Positions 40,601-44,710 of a stretch of 44,710 nucleotides of DNA are shown here, piece after piece. This DNA is from Elusimicrobiota bacterium. Lineage in GTDB: Bacteria > Elusimicrobiota > Elusimicrobia > Elusimicrobiales > UBA9959. The number at the start of each line of letters is the position of its first letter. Position 1 is the stretch's first letter. A program made the position numbers and the translations under genes. The notes under the pieces were generated by a model. The model worked only from the letters and a program-made list of their open reading frames with translations. It was not told the DNA's origin and made no database searches. The DNA is taken from positions 1-44,710 of the forward strand of contig JAINCQ010000002.1 of the NCBI GenBank assembly GCA_036574205.1, in the 5' to 3' direction.

Positions 40601-43600
40601 CGTCAGGCGACTGGTTCGGGACATAAAGCATGAGAGAAATCGCGTCATTAGGATTTACCACTATTCCGCTTGCTGTATCAGTAGAATAATTTGTCCCAAT
40701 AACACCGGTATCAGTCGCCTTAATATTCAATCCTGTCGTTTGGTTTCTTGTAACTGGTATAAAGTAAAAGACAGTACTTCCATTAATCAAACTCTTTGTG
40801 TATGGATCTGGAACAAGGCCACGGATCTGTATATTAGGATCATTTAAGAAATCAATTTTAATAACAGGGTTGTTGTTTGCCGGGTTAAGCCATGGTGTTG
40901 TCCCTTTGACTATATTGAAATAATTATCAACAAGATTTACTGTAACATAGCTTGTAACACCAGCGGTTAAATTTGCTTTTGTTCCTATTTTGCCACCAGA
41001 AGTTGGATTTGAATCATAAGGCGGTTTTCCTGGCTCATTAAACTCACCTTCACTAAGAACCTGAAGCTTTACGCCAGAGTTCCACCAGACCTTTACTGGA
41101 TTTGGAGTGATGTAGTAGGTATTTGAAAGTCCAAGGGTTTCAAATTTAATTGAATGAGTTGCTGCTACCACTGGAGTAAAAACAAATACAGTTGAACCAT
41201 TTATAATCTGTTGAGTTGATGGGGTTACATCATATTTATCTGTAACAATATCAACCCAGACATCAATATTTGTTGCTGAAGAATTAACATTATAATATTG
41301 ATCAACAGCATAAACTGTGGCAGAGAAACTAAGCCCAGCCAGTTGTTCATCAGGCACTCCATCTTTGCCATAAGGCAGTGAAGAAAACTTCCCCTGATTT
41401 AAGGTCTCTCCCGGTAATATTGCAAGAAGCCTATCAGCTGTCTGCGGTCTTATAACAACAGCTGATGAAGGATTATTATTATTAGGATATACACCAGCGT
41501 TTTCTGCTTTCAACCTCCAACCGGAAGGATTTGCTGAAACAAAAACCCTTTGAATTGTAGCTGTTCCATTTATTACTACATAAACATCAGGACTTACAGA
41601 GGAGTTGTTCGGATCATCATCAGTTATAAAAACCATCGGCGAAGATGACATAACAACATTCCAGTATTTATCGGTTACCTGCAAAAGATAATTTATTGAT
41701 TCTCCAGCCAATTTTTCTCTTGGAGTTCCTTTTTTCCCACTAACTGTTCCAGGATCAGGCTGTTCCCCCAAAATATCGTAATCTGCTATTATAGAAATTT
41801 TCTCTGCCGCTTGAGGAATCACCACAGCCATAGTTGAACCATATATTGAAGGATTATCGCTATCCTGTACTCTAAAGGTTCTATTCCCTGCTTTCCTCAG
41901 TTTAACCTTTACAGTTCTTATCCCATAATCGCTTGATAAAAATTTAGTAGCTGGCGGCAATCCATATATTTCATCTGGAATACTATCTGTATCCATAGTT
42001 TCAGGTCCACCTGGCACGCCATCTACATAAAATGTTACCGTGCTTTGATAGGCGGCTGCTCTTCCTCCAGTTCCGTTATCACCATCCTTTGCCTCGATTA
42101 TAACATCGACCTCAGTTCCTGCTGTAAATGTTGTGGAAGTAAATGTCACTAAAAAGCTTCTTGCTGGCGCTGCTATATAAAATCTTGGGCCTGAGGTTAT
42201 TATTGATTGTAATGTGTTTGCGTTGTCTTGCGCTCTAACCCATACATGATATGGATAACCTTTCACCCAGCAAGTATAGTTTTCTCTTTCAGTATCATTA
42301 TCACATACAAGACCGGAGTATTGCCAGTTGCCTAACTGATCTGTGTAGGCCGCATCAACCCAGAGAGGGCCTCCCCCAACAGCGGTCCATGTTGAACCGT
42401 CCCAGAAATATCCGGAATCATCCCATCCCGTGCCAGATCCAAATGTAGCCGGTCCATCTATTTGCATAAGTGGCTCTGTATCTCTAAAAACACATATCTC
42501 AACCTTACCCTTTGCCCATAGCGCATATGGATATGTTCCGCTACCAGTTCCATTTATTCCCTGATGAATATATCCAGGATCTGAAGAGTTGCCCACAACA
42601 ACCCTCTCATCGTTATAAACAAGACCATTTTGTGGAAGCGCTACATATGATTGTGGCTCTGTGGTGTCGTATAAAAATCTTGCATATCCACTTTCGCTTT
42701 GAACATTTCCAATTATATCCGTTCCGCTTGATTTAACCACATAATGATGGCCGTTAACATAATTTAAACTTAACAAACCATTTATATAAGTCCAGCTTGA
42801 TTGATATATATCTGTTGCATCAAGCCACACCTCGTTATCGCTACTAAAAGTTGAACCATTAAAATATTTCGTAGTCTCTTCATCCAGTATAGTTAGTTTA
42901 ATGGATGCTATAGCACTATCATCTGAAAAACTTCCAATTAACTGGGGGATGTTATTATAAGCACTATTAGGCTGGGGGAATGTCAATGAAGTAATTGGTC
43001 CCTCATTATCAAATATAAAAGTTCTTGTAGTATAACTTATCTCCTGATTTGTTGTCATATCAACACTTTTTGCCGCTACATAGAATTTCTTTCCATTTTT
43101 TCCATCATGTGTTGATTCCTTCCAGGCATAATTGAGATTCCCTGGATTTGTAAAATCTTCGTTTGTATAACTCCAATTATTTATAACTCCCTTTGGAAGA
43201 TTATTAGTGCCACTTACAGAAAACCATCCAGTATCTGAAAGATTCCAGTGAGGAAAAGTTGGTGACCAGTAATAAGTTGTTCCATCAGATATATACCACA
43301 TCCTTATATAAACCGAATTAATATTGGATGTTTGGTCATAAACAGTACCGCTTATGGCTGTCATTGACGAGTATCTATTATCATCTGAAGGAGGATAGGT
43401 TATGATCGTTTGAGGAGGTGTTTTATCAAATGAAAATGTGGAACTAAATATATTGAAATTTCCAGCTCTGTCTATAACCTTTACATCAACCCTTAAACCA
43501 TCATTCCTATCAGGCCAACTGACACCTGAGGTATCTAAACTCCACACAAATGGTTGATTATTTGATGAAGAGCTTGTCGTAATAAACCATATTTCTGGAT

Positions 43601-44708
43601 AGTTTGGATCATCATTTATATCTTTTGCCCATATAGTACCATTAAAATAAGCATTTAATGGTATATCGTAAATTCTGACAAGTGGAAACCTTACATTATA
43701 GGTATCTTGAGCAGTACCAGAAGAAACAGTCAACGAGTTATATCTATAACCGTTATAAGGTGTTAATATTTGAGCGGTGGGACTGGAAACATCAAATCTA
43801 AAGACAGATCCAGTAAGTAAAACTGTTTGAGTATTACCAGCTATATCAAAAGCCTGAGATTTTATTTCATAAAGACCATTATCTTCAAGACCAGTAGGTT
43901 GATTGTTTGGTGGAGGAAGTTGAGTATTTTTTACCCAGGGAGAACCGCTTACTGGATCAAGCCAAACCTCATTTGAAACCCATTGTGTTCCATTCCAGTA
44001 ATAATTATTCCCAAACTGCTGTCGTATTCTTATTTGAGTATTTTTAAGACCGCTTGGATTTGAATTCAAATCAGAGGCAGTCCCGGTAACTGACGATATA
44101 TAGTTATAAAATTCATTATTAACCGGGAAACTCACATCTGAAACAGGTGGAGTTATATCATATCTTATTACAACAGCTGAACCAACAGCAGATTCGTTAC
44201 CAGCTATATCCCCCGCTTTGACATAAAGGTTGTAATTCTTATTATCCTGTAAATTTGGAGACTGAACACTGAATGTATAATTTGGACCTACACCACTTAT
44301 ATTAGTATCTATCCATTTTGAAGAAGATGAACTAAATGTTGAAGTTGCAATATCATAGTAAAGTAGCGTGTCAACTTCTTGAACTGCAACCGAAGCATAT
44401 TTTACCGTAAAAGGTTCATATACTGGGCCTGAGATATTTGGGATGAAATTAATATTTCCGCGTGTATCAGGCAAGCTTATTGGATAAGTAATTGAAACTG
44501 TAGGTGGCGTTGTGTCATATATAAATGTTATTGAGCTTATCTCAACTTCCTCATTATACGGCACCGCATTGTCGCGGGCTTTCACACGTATCCTGTATTT
44601 ATATCCATCCCTGAACGCTGGCGCATTTATCTGCCACGCCCCATTTATGTAACTACCATTAAGTGATACATCGTTGTTAAGCGCATAAAATACTTCCCCG
44701 CTTACATT
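28683..44708 (-). CDS. Giant repetitive secreted/surface protein (5'-partial, at least 5341 aa) with Ig-like repeats, Ca-binding loops, FN3 and a C-terminal T9SS-CTD/FlgD-like domain
   Basis: The frame stays open for 41 more codons upstream of 44585 to the window edge. Several repeat classes are present. C-terminal AYPNP...VTIDIYDLLGNLVK...WNGKN..G..VSKGGYIVRI...KKIGIIH. Confidence 0.9.
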   Translation of the reverse strand, partial: NVSGEVFYALNNDVSLNGSYINGAWQINAPAFRDGYKYRIRVKARDNAVPYNEEVEISSITFIYDTTPPTVSITYPISLPDTRGNINFIPNISGPVYEPFTVKYASVAVQEVDTLLYYDIATSTFSSSSSKWIDTNISGVGPNYTFSVQSPNLQDNKNYNLYVKAGDIAGNESAVGSAVVIRYDITPPVSDVSFPVNNEFYNYISSVTGTASDLNSNPSGLKNTQIRIRQQFGNNYYWNGTQWVSNEVWLDPVSGSPWVKNTQLPPPNNQPTGLEDNGLYEIKSQAFDIAGNTQTVLLTGSVFRFDVSSPTAQILTPYNGYRYNSLTVSSGTAQDTYNVRFPLVRIYDIPLNAYFNGTIWAKDINDDPNYPEIWFITTSSSSNNQPFVWSLDTSGVSWPDRNDGLRVDVKVIDRAGNFNIFSSTFSFDKTPPQTIITYPPSDDNRYSSMTAISGTVYDQTSNINSVYIRMWYISDGTTYYWSPTFPHWNLSDTGWFSVSGTNNLPKGVINNWSYTNEDFTNPGNLNYAWKESTHDGKNGKKFYVAAKSVDMTTNQEISYTTRTFIFDNEGPITSLTFPQPNSAYNNIPQLIGSFSDDSAIASIKLTILDEETTKYFNGSTFSSDNEVWLDATDIYQSSWTYINGLLSLNYVNGHHYVVKSSGTDIIGNVQSESGYARFLYDTTEPQSYVALPQNGLVYNDERVVVGNSSDPGYIHQGINGTGSGTYPYALWAKGKVEICVFRDTEPLMQIDGPATFGSGTGWDDSGYFWDGSTWTAVGGGPLWVDAAYTDQLGNWQYSGLVCDNDTERENYTCWVKGYPYHVWVRAQDNANTLQSIITSGPRFYIAAPARSFLVTFTSTTFTAGTEVDVIIEAKDGDNGTGGRAAAYQSTVTFYVDGVPGGPETMDTDSIPDEIYGLPPATKFLSSDYGIRTVKVKLRKAGNRTFRVQDSDNPSIYGSTMAVVIPQAAEKISIIADYDILGEQPDPGTVSGKKGTPREKLAGESINYLLQVTDKYWNVVMSSSPMVFITDDDPNNSSVSPDVYVVINGTATIQRVFVSANPSGWRLKAENAGVYPNNNNPSSAVVIRPQTADRLLAILPGETLNQGKFSSLPYGKDGVPDEQLAGLSFSATVYAVDQYYNVNSSATNIDVWVDIVTDKYDVTPSTQQIINGSTVFVFTPVVAATHSIKFETLGLSNTYYITPNPVKVWWNSGVKLQVLSEGEFNEPGKPPYDSNPTSGGKIGTKANLTAGVTSYVTVNLVDNYFNIVKGTTPWLNPANNNPVIKIDFLNDPNIQIRGLVPDPYTKSLINGSTVFYFIPVTRNQTTGLNIKATDTGVIGTNYSTDTASGIVVNPNDAISLMLYVPNQSPDEGSITGKTGTVAQLIAGSTYTLRVRSVDLYNNKAPDGRSVRITANDIYADIPSAAPLANGEVFFSSFVPSAATSNLVINAVDNDSIVPYLSTSTVSGINVVPGTAIRLMWRIPNQYLVGGKTVFPYGVDGDVSTQTAGVGFDAYVYAVDSRYNPTSASDRTIRITSDDPFNPLIGNFTMSGGTATITNITFRTASNRKLFAQDISGSPQLIGSTSTIIPTVPNTPTKLRVLVPGETRLDGDNNPTTKGRTGTPSSTLKAGETFYITVDITDAFWNLVPGASQEIRVIIDDQFGSVIPSSQVVVSSATFAIIPRRAGSLAIRAEMVNDPPIWGPTLSVDTATPVNINPNTARRLLILLPGENWWQGSYVGKQGSLNQTITAGVPFNIRVGVVDDYFNLVTQRPVTVKVNTPQDPYAPAISTAEININTGYTDLIPVELRIATYQYLSAIDFYDSGIAPDPQSSTFTVKHNEPYGLQLLMPGEMNIPGNGIYPNGGKTTIVSTPTAGVQFYVRANLVDKYFNIAKDITSGPDVYVYTNDPYDIDPTTRTMSYGVVNIPVTLVKKTTSTYIKLYPSGAAGNDICIGNSPSNICLNNDLQAKSTFKVYASTATKLFIILPGENIVEGKCNTKPPCKDDSITNPNPGKSGSPLPYVIDSGPLNVKVYLIDGYYNIATEQTGSYQDTNPIPLMPEVKLIFLDDSKITPPANQALSNGYALFSTLPKSSTTTYRIIASTSSSSSASYDSWVSTLVVYPATVSKLKYILPSTTVIAGVPFDAYLAAYDSYDNLCSTGPNIYLGTVTFIVTNQSNPNQQPSLVSPTTSFFVSDGGLKYLPLWFTLKKAGIDYIGASDIANPLVYVNPLQEVRVLPGELYAFKVNPYDDKLVGAGSLSNPGRQLLTAQAIDAYDNPISSANVPAYIEIVQVYGSTGVLQWQDTGTGLWYDIGTSTVWYTDSFGVIGSTVLPLSYKVSSKANDWARIWIGTTTVNLLETNIARKQNVSGRLITKGGTPTKLVWVSTPAYISVGIDEVPGAGGLFTVERRDDFDNVSTEGDLIVYPTLLPEHVQIHTNLGKVMGTFGTFGDYGFRNLANTGFIPQAVIYDGQSQVSFRYHDRVASYSGVSPSSNTAEGGRPGYWQIEARSVSMQPAVYSLRVDPLEVSKISIVNPQRTLVAGKITDYIGNNQTFEAQLRDMFDNPSVATYPYTVSFSTYTREESKANDYFAFSLSSQTIGYQFVYPTTFTVIDINEYKTNFYYIDTKASNEYSIQLPTKPIMAVKIADKINWEASTQSVKVVPDYTYKMNIRDGAGQTIIAGSTSSVVLVALEDYFGNRTPVISEDAPGEGISFYVFSTSSGDFKVSWPDDESFVSSRPAVIKMALNEDTTTFYFIDTLATYNSTHTLTVDTVYEKNWQVAIASYSVLPSAPHHLKIETSPRRLIAGTTIQYHDYILGITTPTNITLSIRDVFDNITTTTSITNIVVTSTRSSVYGGTLPDEPTIPSNPNWRLLSVNPLNTIIAPGSSYSTFYIWDTIVGSVPIVVNGSVDNVLFESVTQYHYITPNKADYITLYHPYTFDSPLGVLQNGFITIRIRDKFGNIATGDPINGQYYTGTIISTNNSIQGADFRDLNNNTTYYTFTPSDAGERVFKLVDRYIETLNIRVTDYADPSIYGHTNDESRGKPISSSGDVYLSGILITPVDMSPEDPLPPTKVSMGLYRTSLYQGDGMIGGSPAPIAMLRLTMQTKPTGTADGILKSLVVKSTGTLPPSYVSEVGFYWDNPLDGQAGIFDGEETLGGLPKDILISTGVWDSGNMGWKFEELNIKNSTATLITNIPKNFFITVRIATTAIVPTSLGLNIENPTFINVSTNIGIAYNNFPIYTATSPVTRAPAEIQIAGEDIAAWWQPSAMPLGQYSYVEQGQSRVGMLKVKAWTNDFYGYIRAFKVIKTGDGNPADIKTMRVFLDSIGGDPSLGDGDFQYSIDKEITDPLNPPVINPTDPNMWTLPLQYPSIDGYIDGSTRTYFIVYEFDEAAIPSTYHGARIDVDGVITEKVASFSPIVSSTIPVVATGDIVRLEDVNRTPPNDFSKPSFLTQNDKNKAIARLTLKIQGAKGSALWKGIKLDRWITASENGGIPVNNKYDDVTSIKVWYDSNEDGLFDPEVDTDVTLPSVKPRRFPASTLVAPISAGDTTSIKVSDISVYFPVDSPFPPVPGRLIINDDQPDPALKEVVYYSSIDYLNNAFTQITRGAEGTVARDWSSGTVISGQAFIPLAGDQNNPDGQIIYPIEKDYFITYDLSPLAYVSDYSNLGIAIRTTDYFSLQSPKIMSTYNIGVTPPGKSVSLVSRVKEYADKVIVIATQTVLGNTLQQKAVNQPVLSLEVKTDVADAIWRWVMIYATGSVISEGTAMNDVEAVKIWYDSDNNGFLDTSKDVFVGSGTFGNTIYGTLVSRVDFIAPQRIMTELEANSKGISQRYFVTYDIKESAVPNDQYGNQRYLGAYIKEDSFPQNSPLFDDPSKNSISLPNYIDLSSSTLPYFSIVREVIAAPSTVTISATSLMISTDGVVSPAVILAQDITTSGPQDPAWNVNTTTGLPSSGYLVVDNEIVKYNSIIGNTLAFVDRGQFNSPVVNHSSGTPLVGYVYQGYINWPLMQLTLKTPGYGVRWEGVKLTRSQPAPLNGYDSDVSIVKLWLDNGNGIFDRDPITGQNLSDYLLGSGKFGDFDSMGKATIYVKDPRLGANQNYVILGSTPTKVFVTVDIDPKSNFSHVLLDPQNDVIGADIVATEHFVFGPSYAGHIATFTVSASTPPVYVGTLKSGANLILPQINTITTIPEDISPASVLQDQKNVGVLSLKMKVDKTSAKIEAIRLRKIGTANDTDINLVKVFEDANNNCIFDSVDKATDSTGSYLHLMSYGNESFAQNQVALVLKKPIVVTTMTTCAFIAYDISQFAILGSTVGLLLSDTSYFTVSIPNDIILTTFPIQTYPMSISEVPSDVRMGFYDIADEVVGGGGVGQAQRDVPILRFNMKTEAGFAKWYSIKLRRTGASNDPAAPFGKNSDVKFIKIYRDANQNDMLDVNDVNISEKETKSVNMFSSTDTASETSPFELVVKSTEGFPSNGYLWLNDAELVYYSSISYNSSYGKPSLMITQRGMKLGERYTPIINHPPESKIVKVDLYDQEKLLELQTEIFLSETQILSPLPQTFFVAYDIGETAIPGNKVGALINDNSWVNVNYPHNVNQTIYTNISKFNPQGTGTSSFPYSSSLIPIRAVYVSVNSIDVTPLSAETNKKDLPVMTLKIKTNQDFVRIGQFVFYQSGTIEESYTGVGDGDFKAVSIWKDIDNDGAFSPLFDYRLGITTHSSVVPFKYGISVDIKEGDLPYITITTNTTIVHILINTGDIDLSSSSIIGHKAGIKINNFSDIKGPGGLPLAAGQYFADRYPIQTRQITIVPGNIRLTPVYSPIILADNGYPAYALVDSSGNIVLNSNGYPIADTSKWIYGSTQTYCRPDEPLIDINSDGIPDNFDYFNAKKCVNISLNNSPLPSFDIDGDRIIDFESNLDYIPDRIIDNGWGEPLYFIGDRYQNQKLYYSVPQVGAVPSVWSYKTNELTARWQPSTTNIDRYEVTLGENYNDVSGIKKLWEPAGKNLIGSIKNISLSPGNITTLTSRITLDSSSFTVKDASNFAQEGVVYVGSEIMLVSKIDDKTFRIIERGIQGSYPAMHTPWGEFVSDRAYIVSVRAVTSGGTYIPNEKGTPVLIFRIDTTKPTTPGAPQPQVAEGVAAGQSYSIKWTPSTDNESNIMAYEIQERENTSPIWKTIAGIPGYKYGGGINNLYSIGDPVNPGETPRPLGNYYTYRIRAWNFAGLNSDWSEVSKPAATTIGQELIQKVDAYPNPVDLRKGGREGKVTIAYILNDDAEVTIDIYDLLGNLVKQFKFSRGQTGAKLGSNYIDWNGKNELGGIVSKGGYIVRIKASSPKGSKTITKKIGIIH

Positions 44709-44710
44709 AA

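Noticed and set aside
512..42736. Short antisense or alternate-frame ORFs in the track (e.g. 512-724, 3797-4099, 6056-6433, 10309-10662, 26265-26843, 35014-35277)
   Set aside because: They lie within well-supported genes and have no motifs; they are shadow ORFs.
44583..44585. GTG 44585 as start of the giant ORF
   Set aside because: The frame is open to the window edge, the upstream residues continue the repeat pattern, and there is no SD or signal peptide.

Overview
AT-rich bacterial chromosomal segment, almost entirely coding and mostly on the minus strand. No rRNA, tRNA, transposase, integrase or cas gene was recognised. Left to right it holds: (1) two perfect DnaA boxes at the edge; (2) a degenerate HD-GYP / receiver / J-domain unit; (3) a tight minus-strand run mtnP-cdd-(lysine-less BCCP)-(zinc-ribbon/TM/TPR)-accC-rfaE2-spt-(bCerS-like GNAT), which includes a probable bacterial ceramide synthesis pair; (4) tolC-macA-macB; (5) an 844-bp intergenic region packed with palindromes and a 44-bp direct repeat; (6) addA-addB; (7) a HAD + nucleotidyltransferase pair resembling Bacteroidota inositol-lipid genes; (8) a catalytically dead S41/CtpA lipoprotein and an orphan membrane protein; (9) a split B12-dependent methionine synthase; (10) the 3' 16 kb of a giant repeat protein (at least 5341 aa, open to the window edge) ending in FN3 plus a T9SS-CTD/FlgD-like domain. 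The giant protein style suggests an Elusimicrobiota-like diderm, but that is unverified inference. The best leads are sphingolipid synthesis with a possible inositol headgroup, a plant-BADC-like non-biotinylatable BCCP, several pseudo-enzymes, apparently frequent leaderless genes, and the modular giant protein. All family calls come from motif recognition by eye; no searches were run.
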